A DNA stretch of 64,000 nt. Origin: an uncultured Gammaproteobacteria bacterium (lineage in GTDB: Bacteria; Pseudomonadota; Gammaproteobacteria; DSM-16500). The stretch's first letter is position 1; each line of letters starts with the position of its first letter. The DNA lies in NCBI GenBank assembly GCA_963719645.1, contig CAVRCT010000001.1, positions 509,644-573,643 of the forward strand, in the 5' to 3' direction. The notes below the pieces were generated by a model. It had not been told where the DNA came from. It searched no databases and worked only from the letters and a program-made list of their open reading frames with translations. The position numbers and the translations under genes are program-made. Positions 53,107-61,870 of the stretch are shown here, one piece after another.

Positions 53107-53577
53107 TTAATCATTCTGTCTTTCTTTTCTATATACAATTTCATCAAAGTAAGGTCTAAAATATAAGGTTTTAATGAAATCGTAAGCCCTAAATCGTCGC
53201 GAATCGTCTGGAGAATCAATAATCGTATTTACCAACTCTAGACATGCCTCAATTTTTTCTTTTGCTATACCACTCAGTTCATTTTTGTTAGAAAATTTTT
53301 CATCTCTTAGATACAAAATAAATTCGGCAAGCTCTGAAATGACTCCATTAATTTTTTTTCTATCTTCTTTTAGCATAAACCTTTCGATCTTAATACAACG
53401 ATAAGGAGAACCAAATGACAAATAGACATAACCATCAATTATTTTTTTTAAAGATGAACAGAGATATTTTAACCAAGCATTCTCATTATCGTTATCGTTA
53501 TCGTTTTGTGAAACGAGAACAATCAGATGATCATTTTTTCGATTATAATTGAATTTGGAATTTATACTATTGTTCAT
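53107..53577 (-). CDS. Orphan protein, paralogue of the N-terminal domain of 52369..53088
   Basis: 156 aa. Shared blocks VYL.FG.PY, E..E.CL..., FRAYDF/IRACEF. Confidence 0.6.
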   Translation of the reverse strand: MNNSINSKFNYNRKNDHLIVLVSQNDNDNDNENAWLKYLCSSLKKIIDGYVYLSFGSPYRCIKIERFMLKEDRKKINGVISELAEFILYLRDEKFSNKNELSGIAKEKIEACLELVNTIIDSPDDSRRFRAYDFIKTLYFRPYFDEIVYRKERQND

Positions 53578-53651
53578 GTAAAAACCCTCGAAATCTATAG
53601 TCTCTTATTATTAATTTTTGACTTTGAATAATAAGTAAGTTTTAAATTAGA

Positions 53652-54041
53652 TCAAGTATTGCTTTTGTTTTCTATCGATACCCCTTTGATTAGCTCAAAA
53701 AGAACTGGTATGTCGCTCTTGTTAAGCACAAGTTGATTATTTACTAATTCTAAATTAGCAAGTTCTTCGAACATCGGCATGTATTTGGTGAGGAATATTT
53801 TTTGCTTCGCTTCTAAAATAGCTTCTCTTTCCTGATGCTCTTTATTAATTATGGCAAATTGGAGTGACATCTTATCCAATTCATTATATATTTTTTTATT
53901 CTCCTCAATAAAATTCAGGATGATTTGTATTTTAAATATTTCCTCAGAAATTTTCTCTACTGATTTTTTTGTTAAATCAATATCGTGAATATTTTTTATC
54001 GCATTTTTTTTGGAATGTGAACCAGCTTTTTTTTTCACCAT
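53652..54041 (-). CDS. Coiled-coil orphan protein (129 aa)
   Basis: Heptad-rich sequence. C-terminal FEELANLELVNNQLVLNKSDIPVLFELI weakly parallels IFELSNLIILESDKVIIPGEFASRVSELL in the next gene. Confidence 0.55.
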   Translation of the reverse strand: MVKKKAGSHSKKNAIKNIHDIDLTKKSVEKISEEIFKIQIILNFIEENKKIYNELDKMSLQFAIINKEHQEREAILEAKQKIFLTKYMPMFEELANLELVNNQLVLNKSDIPVLFELIKGVSIENKSNT

Positions 54042-54102
54042 ACACCTCCAATAATCATTAGGACTTTGTCTTAACTATAAAGGAGAATATTTAAATTTAC
54101 CC

Positions 54103-54513
54103 TTATTGTGGCTTTAATTCATGCCTTAATAATTTGTCAAGCAACTCAGAAACACGCGATGCAAACTCGCCTGGAATTATTACTTTGTCACTTTCCAGAA
54201 TTATTAAATTGGATAATTCAAAGATAATACATTTTATTTCCATCTCTACCTGTTCATAATGGTTTAACAAAGAATCGCTGCTTAATTTCATTTTTTCGCT
54301 TGATACACGAATTTCTTTTAATAATTGAGCTTTTTTTAACAATTCTTTCTGTAATTCACGATTGCTCGTGGTGAGACTAGTAACTTCATCATCAATATCT
54401 TTTAATGTGATATTGCCGTTTGCCAAATCACTGAGGGATGACTGTAATTTTCTAATACCAGCGTTGAACTGTCTAATTGTAGAATCTAATTTCAACTTTG
54501 CCATATGATTCAT
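54103..54513 (-). CDS. Coiled-coil orphan protein (136 aa)
   Basis: Heptad-rich. Possible distant paralogue of 53652..54041. Confidence 0.55.
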   Translation of the reverse strand: MNHMAKLKLDSTIRQFNAGIRKLQSSLSDLANGNITLKDIDDEVTSLTTSNRELQKELLKKAQLLKEIRVSSEKMKLSSDSLLNHYEQVEMEIKCIIFELSNLIILESDKVIIPGEFASRVSELLDKLLRHELKPQ

Positions 54514-54572
54514 TTGACTATCCTCGTAATTTTTTTTTCACCAGATAGTTAATATTGAGCATCAACTTATTT

Positions 54573-55700
54573 TTATTTTGGGTGTGGTAATTCATGTGAC
54601 ACTTCACTTTCATCTTCTTCATCATCGTCATCATCATTTTTATTGAGCAAATCTTGAAAACTTGCAGTTTTCACTTTTTCATTTTCGTAGATTTCCTTTG
54701 GTAAGCTCTCAAGTTTATCTGCAAATTGTAACAATTCATCCATTTCAGTTAAGTGGCCATCTATATCGCTGTCAACTGCATCATAGTGATCTACAGCTTT
54801 GTATACTTTGCTCACATCCAGTCTTCCTGCATCATATTCCTCTCGCATGATCTTTGCATTATTAAGCACTTCATCTCCTCTTGTTTTACAATTTAATAAA
54901 GCGTCATGTTTCTCAATAATACGTTCTTGTACTGTTAATAGTGTTGAATCATGCTTAAGCTTTTCTGCCATTTGAGTTGCTGCATCAAAAATTGATTCCA
55001 GTGTTTTATCAGGCGACGTTCTACCTTTAAATTCTTTTGCGTCAACAACAACACTTTCAACCGATTTATTTTTGTAGGATTGTATTGTTTCAGAAACTCT
55101 TTCAAAATACATTGATGACCTAATTTCTCCTTCTATCAACTGAGCGCCTAATTGATTTATATTTTTTATGAATGATTTTTTTGAATTCAAATTTTCTGCA
55201 CCAAAACATTCGAGGTGCATATCGGCAACATGATTATTCATTCGATCAACTATTTTTTTGGAATTTTCTTTTCGCGATTTTTTGATTAGATTAATACGTG
55301 GCTCAATCTTCTTAATATAGCTTTTTAACTCATCCATCGCTTTATGAAATATTTTCAGATGTTCTTCAAAATTTTTATACTTTTTTTCCAATTCAAGGCG
55401 GATTTGCAAGTCAAGTTGACTTTTTTTATATTTTTCAGCGTCTTGACGTTGGGCATCGTTGTATTTCTCATTGAAAGTCTTTTCACTTTCGAAAAGTTTT
55501 TTAACCTTATCTTCTTCTTCCGATCTGCTTTCTTCTTTTCCAATATATGCTTTGCGAAACATAATTATTAAATATGCATTATCTCTAGCTGAATATTGTA
55601 TTTGAGCATACAATATATCTTCATCTTCTTTTTTACGTTGATAAAATGAATCTGCATCAGTTTTATTATTATAATTTTCTTGTTTAAATTTTGCATTCAT
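54573..55700 (-). CDS. Coiled-coil orphan protein (375 aa) with strongly acidic C-terminus; effector-like
   Basis: Lys/Glu-rich coiled-coil. C-terminal NKNDDDDDEEDESEVSHELPHPK. Confidence 0.65.
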   Translation of the reverse strand: MNAKFKQENYNNKTDADSFYQRKKEDEDILYAQIQYSARDNAYLIIMFRKAYIGKEESRSEEEDKVKKLFESEKTFNEKYNDAQRQDAEKYKKSQLDLQIRLELEKKYKNFEEHLKIFHKAMDELKSYIKKIEPRINLIKKSRKENSKKIVDRMNNHVADMHLECFGAENLNSKKSFIKNINQLGAQLIEGEIRSSMYFERVSETIQSYKNKSVESVVVDAKEFKGRTSPDKTLESIFDAATQMAEKLKHDSTLLTVQERIIEKHDALLNCKTRGDEVLNNAKIMREEYDAGRLDVSKVYKAVDHYDAVDSDIDGHLTEMDELLQFADKLESLPKEIYENEKVKTASFQDLLNKNDDDDDEEDESEVSHELPHPK

Positions 55701-55856
55701 GTAGTATCTCCTATATCGAGAAACTTCAATAAAATCACCCCTACATATAGTAATTATACGCCTATTAATCAGTGTATTTTTTAGCTGATTTAATTTATAA
55801 TACTCAACTGTTATTTTATATATTCAAATTAATTATTTGATTAAAAAGGGGAATAT

Positions 55857-56489
55857 ATGTCCGCCGTACGTCCTAGACTTGCCGCCACATCACCAAGTGA
55901 TGATAAAAGTGCTAATAAAACTATGAGTTTAGAATCACAATTAGTTTTAATACAAAACACCATAATAAGTACAGTTGCCTCTCGTTCTAATGAATTGGCT
56001 CGATTTGAAAAAGAATTCAAAACATGTTTGAGTGGTGATTATGTTAAAATGGCGAAAAATATCAAGCGGTTGAGAAAAATAGTATCAAATTTGAAAACAT
56101 TTGAAGTGAGCCTTGAAGGCCATGTCACCGACTTAACACTAATGACTAGCTCACCGGAAAATGCTGAAAAATTATCCGATATAAATGGGTTAATTCAGGG
56201 CTGCAAAAAGGCTATTGCGAATGGTAAACGTGGCATTGAAACATCAGAACGCTGCGCTAACACTGCATATACTAAAGCATCTGAAATTTTTGAGGCCAGG
56301 ATGAATAATTCTGTAAATCAGAATGCGGGTAAAGAAAATGCCGCAATTCATTCTGCTGCTAGTCAAACAGCTAATGCTGGAGCCGCTGTTGCCGCAGGTA
56401 ATGATAATAAAGTTTCTCCTCTCACTAGCGCTAGTGTTGCAGGTGCTAGAGAAGAACGCAGGCCTGGGCCTGGTCTAGCTGCGCGATAG
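55857..56489 (+). CDS. Orphan protein (210 aa), helical N-terminus, Ala/Gly-rich C-terminus
   Basis: ORF with GGGGAA upstream. No family recognised. Confidence 0.55.
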   Translation: MSAVRPRLAATSPSDDKSANKTMSLESQLVLIQNTIISTVASRSNELARFEKEFKTCLSGDYVKMAKNIKRLRKIVSNLKTFEVSLEGHVTDLTLMTSSPENAEKLSDINGLIQGCKKAIANGKRGIETSERCANTAYTKASEIFEARMNNSVNQNAGKENAAIHSAASQTANAGAAVAAGNDNKVSPLTSASVAGAREERRPGPGLAAR

Positions 56490-56498
56490 TTTAATCAA

Positions 56499-56535
56499 CC
56501 ATGGGCATATATGGCAATAATCACATATGCCCATG
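56499..56535. terminator. Hairpin between convergent genes
   Basis: CCATGGGCATAT-ATGGCAATAATCAC-ATATGCCCATG. Confidence 0.5.
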
Positions 56536-56564
56536 ACCTACATCTAATTAAATATTCCTCACTT

Positions 56565-56948
56565 CTACATATAAGCACTTAGCCTACCAGCCAGCCATTG
56601 GCGAGCCATTCCTACATAAACTCTAAACTGCGGATAAGAAACTCCAAGCTTTTGCGCACGCTTGACGATAGACCCGCGACCAAAATACTGTAAACGTAAC
56701 GCCGAAGCCAACTTTCTACCCTGGCCTTCCAATTCGACAACCAACGCTTCAATCTGTTCAGCGCTTTCGTTACTGGGCAGCGTATTTTGAACTGTTGATG
56801 GAATTAAATCAGCCTTCATAATTTTATATTCCTGAGTACATGTGGGATAACCCAAGCCGTACCAATTACCTTTGGCATACCAATTTGCCCATTCTTCTAA
56901 ACGTTGATCAACGTAATTTAGAAAATCACTTTTCGTAGCCGAATTCAT
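56565..56948 (-). CDS. Phage antitermination protein Q-like
   Basis: 127 aa. VDQRLEEWANWY...GLGYP... and the C-terminal HTH-like ALRLQYFGRGSIVKRAQKLGVSYPQFRVYVGMARQWLAGRL resemble Q-type antiterminators. Moderate confidence. Confidence 0.45.
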   Translation of the reverse strand: MNSATKSDFLNYVDQRLEEWANWYAKGNWYGLGYPTCTQEYKIMKADLIPSTVQNTLPSNESAEQIEALVVELEGQGRKLASALRLQYFGRGSIVKRAQKLGVSYPQFRVYVGMARQWLAGRLSAYM

Positions 56949-57220
56949 GCGCCATACCTCATTAATGTTTCAAGCTCATGTTCTAATAGCAATATCTGCA
57001 TTCTTAGATTTTTTAATGTTGAGTGATAACGCTCATCATCTTCTGCTTTACGCTTTATAAACGCAGCCCTATCACAGTAATCACCACCTTTAATTGTTAA
57101 GCGTCCCTCAGCATAGCCATGCAACAATTCTATGCTTTCCTGATACGAATTTAAATCAACTTTGATTTCATCAATACGATTTCGAGTTATTTGCGATTTT
57201 TTTACATATGAGATTTTCAT
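56945..57220 (-). CDS. Hypothetical phage-like small protein (91 aa)
   Basis: ORF overlapping neighbours by 4 bp (ATGA-type coupling). Confidence 0.5.
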   Translation of the reverse strand: MKISYVKKSQITRNRIDEIKVDLNSYQESIELLHGYAEGRLTIKGGDYCDRAAFIKRKAEDDERYHSTLKNLRMQILLLEHELETLMRYGA

Positions 57221-57234
57221 TTTTATTTTTCACC

Positions 57235-57522
57235 TTATGATTTTTCCGCTGCCTCTAAAGCAGCAATAGCCTTTTGAGGATCGTTTGCAGCTTTCCAATG
57301 AGCTGAACATATCCACATAACATTTTGTCGAATTGAGGTACAAATTGTGCCTTTTGCAGGGCATCGTCTTTTCTCGTAGACAAATTCACATCGATAATCT
57401 CGAACAGTCACCACTTGAATTTCAGCACGCCATCCACATGGGCAATACTTAGTATTGCTACTCAGCCCACATCCACATTCAGGACAGCAATTAATTTTTA
57501 CCATCTTTTTTACCCTCCTCAT
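57235..57522 (-). CDS. Cys-rich zinc-ribbon small protein (95 aa)
   Basis: CCPECGCGLSSNTKYCPCGW, plus further Cys/His (CEFVYEKRRCP...CTS...CSAHW). Confidence 0.55.
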   Translation of the reverse strand: MRRVKKMVKINCCPECGCGLSSNTKYCPCGWRAEIQVVTVRDYRCEFVYEKRRCPAKGTICTSIRQNVMWICSAHWKAANDPQKAIAALEAAEKS

Positions 57523-58324
57523 TCAGCCTCACTAATTCACCAATGTAAGACTCAAATTTCCTAGGATTGAATAGCGTTTCAGGTCTGACAAATTTTGCCA
57601 TATTGGGATTATCCTTCCATTCACGATATTTTTTAGCAATGATTTGTCGACAGTCTGCAACTGATGCGCCTGTTTTTAAACGTGCAATGACAAGATTGAT
57701 GTTTGTGTCTGTTAAGCGATACATACGATCAGTTTTTTCATTCAAGAAGTTTAAAACCTCAATCGCTTTTGATCTCAGCGTGGGTTCAACTGAGCGCATT
57801 TCCTCAGCAATATGTTTTGTATCCTGATCCTGATTCTGTTCCTGATCCTGTTCCTTATCTGCAACACATTCCTCGGAAAGAGTTTCAGAAGTTTTTTGCA
57901 GGGTTTGTAAACGGTCAACAAACCCTTTATTTAGAAATTTACCATACGTTAACAAACCCTTTATTAACGGTTCCATAACAGTTAATTCTCTTGGTACAAA
58001 TTCAAATATTTTTTCTATACCGACACCTTGCCGTGGATTTTGAATTGGATTCCATTTCAAAAAATGATGAATAACTACCCAAGAAGAAATTTGATCTCTT
58101 GTTAAGAAATCAATTTTAGATAGCTCAGAAAACGCCTCCTGAGTGCTTTGGCTATCCCATTTCAAATCCTCCACAATATAACCATCAGGCAATCGAAAAC
58201 ACCCTAGCATGTTGCTATGCGGCGCTGTTAACAAATAAAGAGCAAGCAATTTTGATCGGTCTGATAAATTCTGAATATCATTATTTTCCCAGAATGAAAC
58301 CTGGATAGAGCCATAAATTCGCAT
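57491..58324 (-). CDS. Phage replication-protein-like (conserved phage C-terminal domain, DnaD/O-like)
   Basis: 277 aa. C-terminal AIEVLNFLNEKTDRMYRLTDTNINLVIARLKTGASVADCRQIIAKKYREWKDNPNMAKFVRPETLFNPRKFESYIGE matches the conserved phage C-terminus domain pattern (VL.YLN...G+.F......I.ARL..G......+.VI......W......YLRP.TLF...KFE.Y). Confidence 0.6.
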   Translation of the reverse strand: MRIYGSIQVSFWENNDIQNLSDRSKLLALYLLTAPHSNMLGCFRLPDGYIVEDLKWDSQSTQEAFSELSKIDFLTRDQISSWVVIHHFLKWNPIQNPRQGVGIEKIFEFVPRELTVMEPLIKGLLTYGKFLNKGFVDRLQTLQKTSETLSEECVADKEQDQEQNQDQDTKHIAEEMRSVEPTLRSKAIEVLNFLNEKTDRMYRLTDTNINLVIARLKTGASVADCRQIIAKKYREWKDNPNMAKFVRPETLFNPRKFESYIGELVRLNEEGKKDGKN

Positions 58325-58419
58325 TTTAGAATTTCCTTAAAAATTTTACATAACGATGCCTTACGTTTAGCACCTAGAATGCCAAACACAGGAAATAAGA
58401 AATTAAATACGACTATGGT

Positions 58420-58719
58420 TTAACCTGAACAAAAATCCTGGCTCATTGCCGAGTCATTTAATAACGAAAAATCAAGAGATTTACGAAATTTTTTGATGCG
58501 TTTTTCAAACTTTTCTAGTCTATTAAGCAAAAAAATCTTTGAATTATCCGCAGAGGGTAAGCATTTGATGTGTTGCTCATAAACTTCTAATCTATCAGTT
58601 ATTGGTGCATCAATACCAATGCTAACAATACCGCTTTCATTTTTTAGAACTTTAACAATAATTTCTGCCCGCTTGCCAATTATGATGGATTGGCCACTCA
58701 TTCGATGTAACACTAACAT
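58420..58719 (-). CDS. CsrA-family RNA-binding regulator paralogue with C-terminal extension
   Basis: 99 aa. MLVLHRMSGQSIIIGKRAEIIVKVLKNESGIVSIGIDAPITDRLEVYEQ aligns with CsrA [48 protein letters not shown]. Confidence 0.75.
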   Translation of the reverse strand: MLVLHRMSGQSIIIGKRAEIIVKVLKNESGIVSIGIDAPITDRLEVYEQHIKCLPSADNSKIFLLNRLEKFEKRIKKFRKSLDFSLLNDSAMSQDFCSG

Positions 58720-58868
58720 AATAATGTTCTCACATATTTTTTTCTCTAGTCCTCCTAAATTGGAATATACCCAACTATCCTAAACGCAAAATTCGCATAT
58801 TAAAAAAACTCTGTCAACAATTTTTCATTTATTAACCTCTCTAAAAATTATATTGATGCTTTGTATAT

Positions 58869-59767
58869 TGCGTATTTCAGTCGGAACGAACACTCATTTC
58901 AGTCTAAAAGCGAACACTAATTTCACTTTTACTCGAACAGTCATTTCACAATTTTTCGAACGGTCGAGTCAGTTCACGGGTTGCATTATCTGTTAAGATT
59001 TTTCTTCTTGTAAAGTTTTTTTATTTTTCCGTAGAGAATCCCCCTTTAACTCAAGACGTACAGCATTATGCAAAAGCCTGTCCAGAATGGCGTCTGCAAG
59101 AGTAGCGTCATTTAAATGTTCATGCCAATGTGTTGTGGGCAGCTGGCTCGTAATAATGGTAGACCGTTGCTGGTAGCGGTCATCCAGAATTTCAAGTAAA
59201 TCACGATGCTGCTCATCGATAGGTGAAACAAGCCACCAATCATCCAGAATTAAAAGATCAATTTTGGCGAGTTGAGACAGCCATTGTGTATATGTGCCAT
59301 CTGCTTTTGCAATTTTAAGCTCATGCCAAAGGCGAGGAAGTCGATAATAGCGAGAAGTGAATCCAATTAAGCATGCTTTATGCGCTATAGCACAGGCCAA
59401 GTAGGTTTTTCCACATCCGGTAGGTCCGGTAATTAATAAATTTAAATGCTGCCGAATCCATTGTCCATGCGCCAACTCTAAGATATTTGGTTTATTCAAT
59501 CCACGTGAATGCTTAAAATCAATATCTTCCATACAAGCAGACTGTTGTAGTTTTGCTTGAGTCAGTCGTCTTTTTAGCCGCTTATTTTCTCTTAAATACC
59601 ATTCTCGTTCGATCAATAATCCTAAACGCGATTCAAAATCTAGATCGGATAATGGATTTGTAAGCTGCTCTTGAAAAGCATCAGCCATGAAATGAGCGTT
59701 CGGGAGAAAGTGAAATCAGTGTTCGACTAGTAGTGAAATGGGCGTTCGATTTAGGGTGAAATACACA
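58869..59767 (-). mobile_element. IS21-family derivative lacking istA (both multi-repeat ends + istB only)
   Basis: Ends TGCGTATTTCAG (58869) / GTGAAATACACA (59767). Left end carries CGAACACTCATTTCA, CGAACACTAATTTCA, CGAACAGTCATTTCA. Right end carries the inverse TGAAATGAGCGTTCG, TGAAATCAGTGTTCG, TGAAATGGGCGTTCG. Only about 900 bp in total. Confidence 0.7.
58993..59688 (-). CDS. istB: IS21-family helper ATPase IstB
   Basis: 231 aa. Walker A GPTGCGKTYLACAI, Walker B LLILDDW, typical IstB C-terminus. The N-terminus is slightly short. Confidence 0.92.
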   Translation of the reverse strand: MADAFQEQLTNPLSDLDFESRLGLLIEREWYLRENKRLKRRLTQAKLQQSACMEDIDFKHSRGLNKPNILELAHGQWIRQHLNLLITGPTGCGKTYLACAIAHKACLIGFTSRYYRLPRLWHELKIAKADGTYTQWLSQLAKIDLLILDDWWLVSPIDEQHRDLLEILDDRYQQRSTIITSQLPTTHWHEHLNDATLADAILDRLLHNAVRLELKGDSLRKNKKTLQEEKS

Positions 59768-59943
59768 CATCGTGCCTACGAGGCTCTAACTCTGCCAATG
59801 ATCAGGTAAATTAGAAAAAGATGATTCAAAGTCTATGAGAACATCCACAGGCAATATTGTGTTCATAACTTCCTCTTTTTAAATAACTTGATTTCCAGCT
59901 TCAATATTAAAAAACAAATCCAATATTTTTACCTCAACATACA

Positions 59944-60597
59944 TTAAGTTAATGAAGTGACAGGACGCGTAGTGAGATTAATAATAGTTGGATTAATAGC
60001 ATTTAATAAAACATTATCATGAGATGCAGTAATAATAATTTTTTCCAGAGACATTTTCTGAATGATCTCTTGCAATAGCTTACTTGACGCATCATCCAAA
60101 GCATTTGTGGGTTCATCCATGATGATTAGCTGACTATCACCCATTGCAATAGTTGTGAGAAATATTTTTTTTTGAGTTCCTAACGACATATCTTTAAACT
60201 TTGTACCTAAGTGCGGAGTTAATTTAAATCCATCTATTAATGAGTCAATATAATCATTAGACTTCTTGCCTCGTTTAATCGATGAAATAAAGCTTAAAAA
60301 ATCATTGCCCGTTGCGTCAGGAAAGAACGAAGGCCTTCCAGGTATGTATGTTAAGTTCTGCTTATAGTGCAGTGAGTGATTGTTACCTATCCCTCGCAAA
60401 TAAATTTCTCCAACATCTTGTAAGGAAACGCCTGCTAGCATTTCAATTAACACAGTTTTTCCCATGCCATTTGCGCCAACAATTGCATAACTACCCATTT
60501 CAAATGAATATGAAATGTTATGATAAATTCTTTTTTTCTCAAATGCCTTAGAGGCATTTTTTATTTCTAATAAACATGACATATTATATTCCTGCAA
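59944..60597 (-). CDS. ABC transporter ATP-binding protein
   Basis: 217 aa. Walker A GANGMGKT, signature MSLGTQKK, Walker B LIIMDEPT. Abuts the stop of the upstream permease gene. Confidence 0.88.
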   Translation of the reverse strand: MQEYNMSCLLEIKNASKAFEKKRIYHNISYSFEMGSYAIVGANGMGKTVLIEMLAGVSLQDVGEIYLRGIGNNHSLHYKQNLTYIPGRPSFFPDATGNDFLSFISSIKRGKKSNDYIDSLIDGFKLTPHLGTKFKDMSLGTQKKIFLTTIAMGDSQLIIMDEPTNALDDASSKLLQEIIQKMSLEKIIITASHDNVLLNAINPTIINLTTRPVTSLT

Positions 60598-61384
60598 TTA
60601 TATTAATAAATAGTCCACATATAAAAATACAAACATCAAACAGAATGAAACAAAAAATCCATACCTCCGAAACTTGATCTGAGGTAGATAACTAGCTGCT
60701 AAAAAGACGGTAGCCAACAAAAATGCTGTAGTAATTTTAGCTACAAGATCATTTCCCAATAAAAAAGCCGCCACAAAGATGATAATCAAGTTAAACAACA
60801 TAGTAATGCTCAAGGCAATCATTAAAGTGTTTTTAAATACTAAAATTTTATTAATAGGAAGAGAAGCAAGATAACCAGAAAACTCCTGCCACTGCATATG
60901 AATACGCTTAAAAATATTACTGACTGATAATGAATTTAGTAGCATAATTATTGACAAAAAGAATGGTAGAAGTGGATTAGTTTTGCCGTACACCATTAGC
61001 ATGATAGCTATTAGTAAAATAATGAACATGACCGAAAACATCATGATTAATTGTGATGAATGCTCAATTAAGTTTTTTATTTGTATTCTTAATATAGGTA
61101 CGGATTGTTTATAATTAGCCCTGCTAATGCAAGCAGGAGGCTCTCTTTTTTCAACCACTGACTTCGGGGCTTGATTTTTATAGCAATTACTTATCATAAC
61201 GTAAATAACAGCTATCAAAAGAATCATTATTATCAATTGCGATAAGTGACTGAAAGAGATGGAAGAAAAAATAATGCACGAGTTGATTAGTAAAAAAGTA
61301 ATCCACATATAACGTTTTGACTTAATCAATAAAATTTGCGCCAGTAAAGTTACACCAATAAACATAATACACTTTGTTATGATT
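60598..61384 (-). pseudogene. Polytopic membrane (ABC-permease-like) protein, C-terminal part, separated from its N-terminal part by an IS
   Basis: The track ORF 60598..61413 begins with a GTG inside the IS inverted repeat. Native sequence resumes at 61384 (…IITKCIMFIGVTLLAQ…). In frame with 62701..63142 once the IS and one TGATT copy are removed. Confidence 0.75.
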
Positions 61385-61451
61385 TGTAACGCTCCCCGCT
61401 TAAACCAGTCCACCTAGTTATTAAATAACGACTAGGAATAAGACTAGTAAT

Positions 61452-61847
61452 ATGACTATATCAAACACAGTAGAACCAATAGAAATCATCCACTCTACCC
61501 AACGCAGAAAGCGCTGGGCAGCCATAGAAAAGCAGCAAATTGTTCAAGAAACATATCAACCAGGAGCAACGGTCTCGTATATTGCGCGTAAACATGGTAT
61601 ACCCCCGAGTCAATTATTCTATTGGCGTAAGATGATGGAGAGCGGTGCATTGACCAGCATTAAATCAGAGGAAGAAGTCGTTCCAGTAAGCGAAGTAAAT
61701 GAGCTGAAAAGACGTATCAAGCAGCTAGAGCGCGTACTCGGCCAGAAAACATTAGATATCGAAATTCTGCGTGAAGCAGTTAAAATTGGCCGCGAAAAAA
61801 AACTCATATCGCGACAACCATTGCCGGGCTTGGAAGACATGGACTGA
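61452..61847 (+). CDS. IS3-family OrfA (HTH)
   Basis: 131 aa. RRKRWAAIEKQQIVQETYQPGATVSYIARKHGIPPSQLFYWRKMMESG resembles IS2 InsC. Confidence 0.92.
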   Translation: MTISNTVEPIEIIHSTQRRKRWAAIEKQQIVQETYQPGATVSYIARKHGIPPSQLFYWRKMMESGALTSIKSEEEVVPVSEVNELKRRIKQLERVLGQKTLDIEILREAVKIGREKKLISRQPLPGLEDMD

Positions 61848-61870
61848 GAGCTATTGCGCGCGCATTAAAA

